Positions 26,979 through 36,382 of a stretch of 64,000 bases of DNA are shown piece after piece. The notes beneath the pieces were generated by a model, which was not told the DNA's origin, made no database searches, and saw nothing but the letters and a program-made list of their open reading frames with translations. Where the stretch lies: contig JAIORF010000005.1 in assembly GCA_021108295.1 (NCBI GenBank), positions 72,531-136,530 of the forward strand, read 5' to 3'. Position 1 is the stretch's first letter. Each line of letters begins with the position of its first letter. The stretch is from a bacterium. Its GTDB lineage: Bacteria; Patescibacteriota; Dojkabacteria; SC72. The position numbers were made by a program, and so were the translations under genes.

Positions 26979-27883
26979 ATGTTGTCATCTTTAATATATT
27001 CCTTATGGCAATTATCACATATTGCTTTGTTTTCTCCAAATGCGAGAGAACTTTTGCACATAGGGCATACAAGAATTTGTTGTAGTGTTTCATAGGAAGT
27101 TTCTTCCTCGTCGTCTTTATCTATCTCGGTTTTTAGGAATATGCTTGGTGGTATATTGCTGTTGGGTAGGAGTTTTTGAAAGATTTCTTCTAGAAGGGTA
27201 AGGAGGTTTGCTCCGAGGATTTTCTTAAATAGTGGTATGCGAAAGAATGAACAACCTTGTCGGTCTTTGACTTCTATATTGCAGGTTTCTAATATTTCTT
27301 TGATGTATTGTGGGTGGTAGTTAAGGAAGGATACGTCTCCATCTCTTGAGCCTTCCATATTTATTGTAGGCTGTTGGAGTGGTTCTTTGCTAAGTAGTGC
27401 TTTGTCTCTCTTAAGTAGTGCTCTAATTCTTGCTTTGAGGTGTATTTTGTTTGCAAATTCCTGAATATATATACTATCATCCTTGAGTATGCGTGTGAGC
27501 TCATTAAAGTATTCTTCTTGTCTTTCTATATGGTGGAGTACTCTAACCATTAGGCCTCCATCAAAAGAGTTTGGTCTAAAGGGCATTTTGTAAGCATTGG
27601 CGGCAATGAAGGTAACATTTGGGAATTTCTCCTTTACGATGTGTAAGTTTTTTTTGAGAGTTTTGAGAGAGTAATCTAGGACTATACATCTATCGAATTT
27701 GTTTGCGTATGTGTCTGCAAGTCTTCCGTAGGATCCTCCAATATCGATGAACCAGGAGCCGTGTTTATCTTTTAGGAATTTATCTAACACAAGGTGTTCT
27801 GCGTTGTTTTCATATTCTCTATCTTTCCAATATTTTGTGTAATCGTAGTCATAGCCGTCGTAATTTACAACTTTTTTAATCAT
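26957..27883 (-). CDS. Class I SAM-dependent methyltransferase fused to a C-terminal Trm112-like zinc-ribbon domain
   Basis: FIDIGGSYGRL is motif I. The C-terminus LVCPMCKSSLAFGENKAICDNCHKEYIKDDNIWDF matches the Trm112/YcaR-type ribbon. Confidence 0.55.
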   Translation of the reverse strand: MIKKVVNYDGYDYDYTKYWKDREYENNAEHLVLDKFLKDKHGSWFIDIGGSYGRLADTYANKFDRCIVLDYSLKTLKKNLHIVKEKFPNVTFIAANAYKMPFRPNSFDGGLMVRVLHHIERQEEYFNELTRILKDDSIYIQEFANKIHLKARIRALLKRDKALLSKEPLQQPTINMEGSRDGDVSFLNYHPQYIKEILETCNIEVKDRQGCSFFRIPLFKKILGANLLTLLEEIFQKLLPNSNIPPSIFLKTEIDKDDEEETSYETLQQILVCPMCKSSLAFGENKAICDNCHKEYIKDDNIWDFRVE

Positions 27884-29585
27884 TATTCATTTCTTTTGAC
27901 AAATTAAGGAATTGTTTTAGGAGTTTTTCACTTTTCTTGATATCTCCTTGTGTTTCCGCTATTGCAATCTTGCGTTTAAGCTCTTTCCCCTTGGTAGTAT
28001 AGTAGTCTTTTCTAATTAGGTTATAAAGGGTGTCTACTTCTTCTTTGTCGTCTACTTGTGAGAAGTTAAATATGGCATTCTCAACAGATTCTTTAAAGTT
28101 TTCTTTTAGTAATTGGTCTTTAGTAACTTCTTTGTGCTTTTGTATATGTTTTAAGATTTTTTTAACATCAGGATCTGTAAAATATTTGAGTTTGTAGTTT
28201 TTTGGTATAGATATTTCTTCCGGGATGAGGATTGCGCAAAGGAGTTTTTCTTGACGTGAAATCATGGTAGTGGTGCTTGTAGAGGTTTTCTTTTGTGTCT
28301 GTATGTAGGGGGTATTTTTATTTAGTAGGTTCTTACGTATTTCATCGATATTTGCACTGTCAAAGAAGTTTCTATTTAGTAATACATTGATGTATATTGA
28401 TCTGAGGGAAGGGTTTTGGACTTCTGCTAGGAGCTTTTTGGTCCAATTTAGTGTGGATGTTATATCTGTGTAGTCTGTAGAGTTGAGTTTTTCGATTTTT
28501 TTACTAAAGAGGAAGGAAAAGAGGTCGGTTTTTCTTTTAATTAGCTTTTTTAGTAGTTTTGGATCTTTTTGTAGCATTTCGTCTATGTCTGTGAATGGTT
28601 CTGGAGAGGCTGCATATGCTTGCAGGTTGAGTTTGCTTATGAGTAGGAAGGCTCTTTGCATTGCGGCTTGTCCTGCACTATCGCTATCGAAGAGGAAGAA
28701 GAGGTTTTTTGTTAGTTTTGAGAGGTTGGTAAGTTGTTCGAGTGTTAGTGCTGTTCCAAGTGGTGCGACGATGTTTTCTATTCCATGTTGGTGTGCTGCT
28801 ATTACATCGGTTTGGCCTTCACATATGATGACTAAATCTTTCTTTCTGATTGCTTTTCTAGATTCATATTGTCCGAAGATGTTGTCTTTCTTGTGGTATA
28901 TGGGGGTTTCTGGAGTATTCATATATTTAGGGCCTTTGTCGTATTCGGGGAGTGTTCTTCCTGAAAAGCCGACTACTTTTCCAGAGGAGGTTCTTATTGG
29001 GAACATTATTCTTTTGAAGAATTTACTTCTTAGTTTGTTTCCTTTTAGTGTAAAAAGCCCAGAGTCTAGTAATTCTTTTTTGTTAAATTTGATTTTTCCT
29101 GTCTGTAGATGTTCTAGTAATTGGTATCCTCCAGAGGCGTATCCGATACCAAATTTAAAGATACTGTCGTCACTAAATCCTCTGTTTTTCATATATTCAA
29201 GGGCTTTTTTGTTTTTTTTGAGCTCTTTGTAGAAATATCTAGCAGCAAGGGTGTTAATTTCATAGAGTTTTGCTAGGTGGGTGTTGATTTTAGGTTTTTT
29301 GAGTATCACTCCTGCTTCTTTTGCTAATTTCTCCAGAGTTTCAGGGAAATCGATATTTTCCACGTTTTGGATGAAGTTGAAGATGTCTCCAGATTCTCCA
29401 CAACCAAAGCATTTGTATCGTTGTAATTCGGGACTTACTATGAAGGAGGGAGTTTTTTCGTTATGGAATGGGCATAGGCCAGAAAAGTTCTTTCCAGCTG
29501 ATTTAAGTTGAACATATTTACTAATCTCGTTTATAATATCTATACGAGATCTTATTTCTTCAATTTGTATTCGATTTCCATCCAT
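27876..29585 (-). CDS. dnaG: DNA primase
   Basis: The CHC2 zinc finger CPFHNEKTPSF...YKCFGCGESGD, a TOPRIM core (ICEGQTDVIA...FLFDSDSAGQAA) and a C-terminal helicase-interaction region. Confidence 0.8.
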   Translation of the reverse strand: MDGNRIQIEEIRSRIDIINEISKYVQLKSAGKNFSGLCPFHNEKTPSFIVSPELQRYKCFGCGESGDIFNFIQNVENIDFPETLEKLAKEAGVILKKPKINTHLAKLYEINTLAARYFYKELKKNKKALEYMKNRGFSDDSIFKFGIGYASGGYQLLEHLQTGKIKFNKKELLDSGLFTLKGNKLRSKFFKRIMFPIRTSSGKVVGFSGRTLPEYDKGPKYMNTPETPIYHKKDNIFGQYESRKAIRKKDLVIICEGQTDVIAAHQHGIENIVAPLGTALTLEQLTNLSKLTKNLFFLFDSDSAGQAAMQRAFLLISKLNLQAYAASPEPFTDIDEMLQKDPKLLKKLIKRKTDLFSFLFSKKIEKLNSTDYTDITSTLNWTKKLLAEVQNPSLRSIYINVLLNRNFFDSANIDEIRKNLLNKNTPYIQTQKKTSTSTTTMISRQEKLLCAILIPEEISIPKNYKLKYFTDPDVKKILKHIQKHKEVTKDQLLKENFKESVENAIFNFSQVDDKEEVDTLYNLIRKDYYTTKGKELKRKIAIAETQGDIKKSEKLLKQFLNLSKEMNND

Positions 29586-29600
29586 AGGGTATTATATCAA

Positions 29601-30542
29601 TTATTCGCAATCAAGTTGCTTTTCTTTTGTAATATTGCATGAGAGGAAGCCTACATTGTTGCTGTTTATGGGTATATCTACGTTTTCATTGTTAAAGAAT
29701 ATTTGTGTACTACCAATCTTTCCGGTTGTAAATGAGAAACTTTCTTTTACTTCGTATTCATATTCTTCTCCTACCTGAACTATTTGAGAGAGTTCGTTGT
29801 TTTTGTCAATATCTAGTCGTACCCATACTGAAGAGATTGAAATGGTAAGCTTGATTGTATTCTGTTTCTCTATTTCTTCTTCTTCCTCCGCTTCTATCTC
29901 TTGTGGTGCGTTGTAGGTTATTTTGATAATCTCTATACTTTCTTGGGTATTGTTGCTTTTTTTGGAGGTTATGGTTATTAAGTTTATACCAGAGTTAAGG
30001 GATATTTCTGTATGGAAATTTCCATCCGAAGATGTTTCTACTGGCAAATCATTGACAAAAAGAGATGCGTTTGGGTCAGTTGTTCCAGAGACTTCGATGA
30101 GTTCTTCTTCTACGGTACTATCGTTGTCAGGAGAAGTTATTAATATCTTAGGAGGACTTTGAAATTGATAGATTTGATATCCAATGTAGGTGAGGGAACC
30201 TATTAGAAAGCCTACGGAAAGGAGGATAGCGAGGAGTCTTGGGGTGATCGAGGGAAGTTTGTTTTTCACTTTATGTGTTTCACGGAAGCTCTCACTTAGT
30301 TTAGCCTTGAAAGGAACGCTTCTTCTGTATATGGCGAGAATTCTGTCTGTATTGAGATTGAGGTAGGAGGCATAGATTTTTAAGAATCCTTGGGCATAGA
30401 CGTCTGAGTCGAATTTGTCAAAATCGTTGAGTTCAAGATATTTAAGGAATCTTAATTGAATCTTAGTGTCTAAAGATGCTTCGTTTAGAGTTTTATTTAA
30501 GAGTTTTCTTTGTTTTTTAAGTACTTCGCCTACTGTAATCAT
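29601..30542 (-). CDS. RodZ-like HTH (XRE/HTH_25) membrane protein
   Basis: The N-terminal HTH TVGEVLKKQRKLLNKTLNEAS...FLKIYASYLNL, one TM segment and an extracytoplasmic C-terminal region. The architecture matches cytoskeletal protein RodZ. Confidence 0.5.
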   Translation of the reverse strand: MITVGEVLKKQRKLLNKTLNEASLDTKIQLRFLKYLELNDFDKFDSDVYAQGFLKIYASYLNLNTDRILAIYRRSVPFKAKLSESFRETHKVKNKLPSITPRLLAILLSVGFLIGSLTYIGYQIYQFQSPPKILITSPDNDSTVEEELIEVSGTTDPNASLFVNDLPVETSSDGNFHTEISLNSGINLITITSKKSNNTQESIEIIKITYNAPQEIEAEEEEEIEKQNTIKLTISISSVWVRLDIDKNNELSQIVQVGEEYEYEVKESFSFTTGKIGSTQIFFNNENVDIPINSNNVGFLSCNITKEKQLDCE

Positions 30543-30561
30543 AGGTATAGTATATCAGATA

Positions 30562-32775
30562 CTAGATGTCTGCTGTATTATCTCCTAGTACTTGTTGGGC
30601 ATTGCTAATGAGGACGTCTCGTGGTTTTGATCCGTCTTGCGGACTGATTGCTCCAGCTCTTTCTAATTGCTCCATGAGTCTTGCAGCCTTGTTGTACCCT
30701 ATCTTCAACCTTCTTTGTAGGTATGATGCAGAGGCTTTGTTTGCTGCGAGTATAACATCGAGAGCTTTTTCAAATTCGGGGTCTCTTTCTCCAGAGGAGC
30801 TGTCTTCATCATCTGCTGATATCCCTTTTTCAATAGCGCTGGTTAGATCATCAGAATATTGGACTTCTTTGTTTTCCATTTGTTTCTTAATGTGTGCAAG
30901 CATACTCTCTGTATCTTTAGTATCTGTAAGTGTTCCTTGGATACGTATTGATTTTGGAGTAGTGTTATCTTTGTACAGGAGGTCACCGTTTCCTAGAAGT
31001 GTTTCAGCTCCTACCTGGTCTAGGATGATTCTTGATTCCATAGCAGTAGCTACAGAGTATGCAATTCTTCCAGGGACATTTGCTTTGATTAGTCCAGTAA
31101 TTACCTGTGCACTTGGTCTTTGTGTTGCGAGTATTAGGTGAACACCTACAGCTCTTCCCATTTGTGCAAGTCTTTGGATTTTTGCTTCTACATCGTTTCC
31201 TGCTGTAAGCATTAGGTCTGCCATCTCATCTATTATCACTACAATGTATGGCATTGCACTGTATCCTAGAGATTCGTTGTATTCTGTGACTTTCTTTACA
31301 TGTGCTTGTTTTAATATTCTGTACCGTTTGTTCATCTCTTCAATACACCATTGCAAAGCGTTTCCTACTAGTTCCATATCTGTAATTACAGGGTTGAGTA
31401 GGTGTGGGAGTCCGTTGTAAAGAGAGAGTTCGACCATTTTTGGGTCAATCATGATGAATTTCACATCATCTGGGGTTTTTGTGTAGAGAAGGCCTGTAAT
31501 TATGGAGTTGACCCCTACTGACTTACCTGTACCTGTGGCTCCTGCTACGAGTAGATGTGGAATCTTTGTGAGGTCTTTGATTACTGTTCTTCCAGTGATA
31601 TCTTTTCCTAGGAGTAGTGGGAGTTCGTAGAGTTTCTCTTCAGATTTTAGTTTTTTAACCATATCTTTTACATATACATAGTTTGGTGTTGGATTTGGAA
31701 TCTCTACACCGATGTAAGAGGTTCCTGGTATTGGTGCCTCTATTCTTACAGAAGAATTTTGTGATGCAAGTGCTAATGCTAGATCATTTCCTAAGTTTCT
31801 AATCCTACTAACCTTCGTGCCTACAGAGATACTTAGTGAGTATCTCACCACTGTTGGACCAATTGCAATTTGGACAACCTTACCGTCGATACCAAAACTT
31901 TTAAGAGTAGATTCGATAACGAGGGCATCTTTTTTGTATCTGTCTTTGTTTTGGCTTTGTTTTTCAGGCTCTTTTAATAAATCTAGTGTAGGGAATATCC
32001 AATTAGTGTACCGAGGTTTACTGGGTTGTAAATCGCCATCTTTTTTTGTAGAGCTGTCGTCTTTCTGTGGTTGTGGTGAAGAGATCTCTTCGGTGTATTG
32101 TTCTGTTTCTTCTTGAATGAGGGGTTCTTTCTCCTCTGTTTGTATGGGTATGTCAAGGCTCTCGTCTTCTGAGGATTTTAGTATCTTTTCAAATCTTTTT
32201 TCGGCATCTTGCTCTTTCTTAGGCTTACCTTCAAATTTGAAGAATTTTTTTAGTGAAAACTTGTCATCATCTTTTGGTTCTGCAACAAAATCACTAATTT
32301 GTTCTAATGTAGTACCTGTGATGAGGGAGAATGCAACAATTAGAATTAGAAGGATTATGATTATTTCAATAAATTGGCCTACAATCCCATTGAGGAGTAA
32401 ATGTATTTCTCTACCCAATATTCCACCAGAGTTTGATAGTTCTGCATTATTTTGCATTTTTTCAGGGTCCATCCATATTGCGAGTAGTGTTGCAATTGTA
32501 AATGCGGATATTGTTAAGCCCACTATTTGTTTAATAGAGGTAAATTTCTTTCCGCGGGTGATGAGGTTGAGCGCAACAAAGAGGGTGGGAAGACTGAATA
32601 CTAATGCTGAGAAACCGAGGAAAAGACGTATTTGGTCAAAGACGACCGCGTTGTCATTTACAAATGGAGTTACTAAGAGTATGAGGCCAGCTATGAGGAG
32701 GAGCATCCCTAAGAGAATCTTAGTTTCACTACTTTGAATATTGAGGCTTCCTTTTCTCTTTTTCTTTCTAGACAT
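30562..32775 (-). CDS. ftsK: DNA translocase FtsK/SpoIIIE
   Basis: An N-terminal 4-TM region, a linker and a motor domain with LVAGATGTGKSVGVNSIITGLL (Walker A) and IVVIIDEMADLM (Walker B). Confidence 0.8.
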   Translation of the reverse strand: MSRKKKRKGSLNIQSSETKILLGMLLLIAGLILLVTPFVNDNAVVFDQIRLFLGFSALVFSLPTLFVALNLITRGKKFTSIKQIVGLTISAFTIATLLAIWMDPEKMQNNAELSNSGGILGREIHLLLNGIVGQFIEIIIILLILIVAFSLITGTTLEQISDFVAEPKDDDKFSLKKFFKFEGKPKKEQDAEKRFEKILKSSEDESLDIPIQTEEKEPLIQEETEQYTEEISSPQPQKDDSSTKKDGDLQPSKPRYTNWIFPTLDLLKEPEKQSQNKDRYKKDALVIESTLKSFGIDGKVVQIAIGPTVVRYSLSISVGTKVSRIRNLGNDLALALASQNSSVRIEAPIPGTSYIGVEIPNPTPNYVYVKDMVKKLKSEEKLYELPLLLGKDITGRTVIKDLTKIPHLLVAGATGTGKSVGVNSIITGLLYTKTPDDVKFIMIDPKMVELSLYNGLPHLLNPVITDMELVGNALQWCIEEMNKRYRILKQAHVKKVTEYNESLGYSAMPYIVVIIDEMADLMLTAGNDVEAKIQRLAQMGRAVGVHLILATQRPSAQVITGLIKANVPGRIAYSVATAMESRIILDQVGAETLLGNGDLLYKDNTTPKSIRIQGTLTDTKDTESMLAHIKKQMENKEVQYSDDLTSAIEKGISADDEDSSSGERDPEFEKALDVILAANKASASYLQRRLKIGYNKAARLMEQLERAGAISPQDGSKPRDVLISNAQQVLGDNTADI

Positions 32776-33019
32776 TTTGATAAATAATAAAAGAATTTAA
32801 TGTGTTGATTTTTATGTAATTATAGACTATTATCAACTATATCGATATTTATATCAATTTGTCAAAAACCTTTGACTAGAAGTGCTAAATATGTTAGACT
32901 ACCCGGAGTTATTTTTAAGTTGCTTTATGTAGAGTGATCACCAAACCAATTAGCGTTCCATGTTTTTGGGGTGTAGTGTTCACAAAAAAGATGTAATTTT
33001 AACCTTATAATTATACCGT

Positions 33020-36000
33020 ATGACAAATCCTAAGCGAAATAGTGCATCAAGAATTAATATGGGTAAGGGCTCAGAAGTAGAATTCAAGTTTCCAAATTTA
33101 ATCGAGGCACAGCTTAAGTCTTTTCAGGATTTTTATGATAGTGGTTTTCAAAGGCTTTTTCATGAGATCAGTCCAGTCAAAGATACTATGGAAAAGATGT
33201 GGACGCTTGATTTCAAATCATTTAGATATGGAGATCCATATAGAAGTATAGAGGATTCTTTAGCTAAGGGGCTCTCATACGAGGTTCCAGTTTACGCTAC
33301 TGTTCAACTTCTCAACAACAAGACAGGGGAAATTAAAGAACAAGAGATATTTGTTGCAGATTTACCTTTGATGTCATCTGATGGTGTCTTTATAGTAAAT
33401 GGTGTTAGCAGAGTTGTGACTCATCAAATTGTTAGAGCTGAGGGTGTGATATATGAGTTGGCTGAGAAATTACAATTAAAAAATCTTTACAAGGTTAAAT
33501 TGATGCCAGGCCGAGGGCCTTGGTATGAAATTGATATTAACAGGCACAACGTTGTGTCTATGAGAATATTACCAAAGAGACCAAGAGTTCTAATTACGGA
33601 GCTTTTGAGAGTGTTGGGTTATGAGACTGATGAGGAGATTAAATATCTCTTTAAGGATGTAGATACAAATGAGGAAGCCCAATTTATTGAGGCTACATTG
33701 GCAAGGGATTTTACAAAGAGTAAGGAAGAGGCCATTATTAGTATTTACAACAAGTTAAGACCAGATGAATCGGTAACTTTAGAGAGTGCAGAGAAATTTA
33801 TCAAAAGCAATTTCTTTAGTAAAAGAAAGTTCGATTTAGGAAGAGTTGGTAGATACCAATTGAATAGGAAGTTGGGTACTAAATACGATATAGATAATCC
33901 AAAAGAATGCGTCCTCTATCCAGAGGATCTAATTTTGATAGTTAAGAAACTCATCAAGATTAGTAACGGAGAAGATCTTCCTGATGATGTAGATCATCTT
34001 TCAAATAGAAGGATTAGGAGTGTTGGGGAAGTTCTAGAGAGACAATTACTTGCAGGAATTAGAAGATTAGAGAAGAATATTAGAGATAAGATGAGTTTGT
34101 ATGGTAATGATGCTAAGGTTACTCCTTCAATGTTGGTTGGAACAAAACCAATAGCTGCATCTATACTTTCTTTCTTTGGATCAAACGCTTTATCTAGTTT
34201 TATGGATCAGACAAATATTTTGTCTGAATTGGAAAACAAGAGAAAGGTTACTGCTGCAGGTCCAGGAGGTATTACAAAAGAGAGAGCAACTTTCTCTATT
34301 CGAGAGGTTCATAAATCTCAATATGCTAAGTTTGACCCTGTAACAAGTCCAGAAAGTTCCAATATCGGTATTGTCACACAACTAGCTATGCTTGCACATA
34401 TAAATGAGTTTGGATTTTTGGAAGCACCATATAGGAAAGTGAATAATAAGGTAAAAAATAGTAAGAAAGATTTGAAGGGAAGAATATTAAATGAAGATAT
34501 TAAAGGTATAGGTGTAGTTGGAGATAATCTTGATGAGAAGAGAATAGCAAAACTTGTAGCTAAGAAGAAGACACTTAAGGTTATCAAGGTTAAGCCTTTT
34601 GTTTCTGAAGATATAGAATTTTTAGATGCAACCCAAGAAGAGAGTCAATATGTTGGTTCTACATTAATTAAGACAGATGAGAATGACAATATTGTAGAAA
34701 AATTAGTTGCTGTTAGACACGAAGGGGACTTCTTACTAGAAGATGTCAATCGTTTAACTCATACAGACGTTGTATCATATGAACAAGCAGGTTTGGGTAT
34801 GTCTTTAATTCCTTTCGTAGCCCACGATGAAGCTATGAGAGCATTAGCAGGTTCAAACATGCAAAGACAGGGAGTTCCTCTAATCAAGCAGGAGTCTCCG
34901 CTAGTTGGTACTGGAATGGAGAAGGTCGTAGCACGACAATCTAAGTGGGGAGTATTTGCAGAAGATGATGGAGAGGTATTGTATGCTGATGCAAAAAGGC
35001 TAAGTGTTAAGTACAAGAAATTAGGGCTTCAGGATTACAAGCTAACAACATTCCATAGAACAAACGACAACACATGTTTCTCACAAGAGGTTGCAGTGGA
35101 ACCAGGAGACAAATTTAAGAAAGATTCTGTACTAGTTGATGGACCTACAATGATAGATGGAGAATTCTCAGTAGGTACCAATATCAGAACAGCACTAATG
35201 TTCTATGAGGGATACAACTATGAAGATTCTGTTATCATTTCCGATAGAATAGTTACTGATGATATTCTTACATCTATCCATATTCGAGCATATCATTCAG
35301 AGATAAGGGATACTGAACTTGGACCTGAGATGATTACTGCGGATATTCCTCATGTAAATGATAGAATTTTGCAGAAATTAGATGCAGATGGAATTATAAG
35401 AGAAGGACTTAAAGTAAAAGGAGGAGATATTCTAGCAGGTGTTGTAGCTCCAAGAGGAGAAAAAGAACTAACTGCAGAGGAAAGATTGCTCAGAGCTATT
35501 TTTGGAGAATCTGCAAGTGATGTTAGAGATAACTCATTGAGAGTTCCTCACGGTGAAGAGGGTGTCATTATCAGAACTCAAAGACTTTCAACAGCAAATG
35601 GAGACAAATTAGCACCAGGTGTGATAGAAAAGGTCACTATCTGGGTTGCCGATACTAAAAAGTTAAACTATGGAGATAAGATTGCAGGTAGACACGGAGA
35701 CAAAAACACTGTTGCTGCAATTAGACCTGTGGAAGATATGCCATTTACAGCAGATGGAGAACCAGTAGATATTGTATTAACACCTACATTCCTAAAGAGA
35801 ATGAATCTAGGACAAGGAGAAGAGGTTCCTTACGCAAGATATGCAAAATTACTAGGAGAGAAATTTGCATTCCCAATATTTGAAGATATGGATAAGGAAT
35901 GGGTAAAGAAAGAAATGGGAAAACAAGGACACACTATGGATCAGAAACTTGATCTTTACGATGGTAGAACTGGTAAGAAATTCCCAAGGAAGATTACAGT

Positions 36001-36382
36001 AGGATACAAATATGTTCTTAAACTACACCACATTGCTGATGAAAAAGTACATGCAAGATCTACAGGACCATACACTGCAGTAACTCAACAGCCATTAGGT
36101 GGAAAAGCACAAATGGGTGGACAGAGATTTGGTGAGATGGAGGTATGGGCATTAGAATCACACAGTGCGCCTTACGCTCTTCAAGAGATGTTAACAATAA
36201 AAGCAGATGATGTTAAGGGAAGGTCTATAGCATACAAAGCTATCATACATGGTGAAAAGATTGAGGTTACTAATGTCCCCGAATCATTCAAAGTGCTAGT
36301 ACGAGAATTAAATGCACTTTGTCTGAATATGGATTTAATTTCAATAGACTCTAAAGAAGAGGAGGTAGCTGACAATGAATAA
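33020..36382 (+). CDS. rpoB: DNA-directed RNA polymerase subunit beta
   Basis: 1120 aa with N-terminal ...FPNLIEAQLKSFQDF... and conserved blocks throughout (GPGG...; NMQRQ; GQRFGEMEVWALE). Confidence 0.9.
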   Translation: MTNPKRNSASRINMGKGSEVEFKFPNLIEAQLKSFQDFYDSGFQRLFHEISPVKDTMEKMWTLDFKSFRYGDPYRSIEDSLAKGLSYEVPVYATVQLLNNKTGEIKEQEIFVADLPLMSSDGVFIVNGVSRVVTHQIVRAEGVIYELAEKLQLKNLYKVKLMPGRGPWYEIDINRHNVVSMRILPKRPRVLITELLRVLGYETDEEIKYLFKDVDTNEEAQFIEATLARDFTKSKEEAIISIYNKLRPDESVTLESAEKFIKSNFFSKRKFDLGRVGRYQLNRKLGTKYDIDNPKECVLYPEDLILIVKKLIKISNGEDLPDDVDHLSNRRIRSVGEVLERQLLAGIRRLEKNIRDKMSLYGNDAKVTPSMLVGTKPIAASILSFFGSNALSSFMDQTNILSELENKRKVTAAGPGGITKERATFSIREVHKSQYAKFDPVTSPESSNIGIVTQLAMLAHINEFGFLEAPYRKVNNKVKNSKKDLKGRILNEDIKGIGVVGDNLDEKRIAKLVAKKKTLKVIKVKPFVSEDIEFLDATQEESQYVGSTLIKTDENDNIVEKLVAVRHEGDFLLEDVNRLTHTDVVSYEQAGLGMSLIPFVAHDEAMRALAGSNMQRQGVPLIKQESPLVGTGMEKVVARQSKWGVFAEDDGEVLYADAKRLSVKYKKLGLQDYKLTTFHRTNDNTCFSQEVAVEPGDKFKKDSVLVDGPTMIDGEFSVGTNIRTALMFYEGYNYEDSVIISDRIVTDDILTSIHIRAYHSEIRDTELGPEMITADIPHVNDRILQKLDADGIIREGLKVKGGDILAGVVAPRGEKELTAEERLLRAIFGESASDVRDNSLRVPHGEEGVIIRTQRLSTANGDKLAPGVIEKVTIWVADTKKLNYGDKIAGRHGDKNTVAAIRPVEDMPFTADGEPVDIVLTPTFLKRMNLGQGEEVPYARYAKLLGEKFAFPIFEDMDKEWVKKEMGKQGHTMDQKLDLYDGRTGKKFPRKITVGYKYVLKLHHIADEKVHARSTGPYTAVTQQPLGGKAQMGGQRFGEMEVWALESHSAPYALQEMLTIKADDVKGRSIAYKAIIHGEKIEVTNVPESFKVLVRELNALCLNMDLISIDSKEEEVADNE

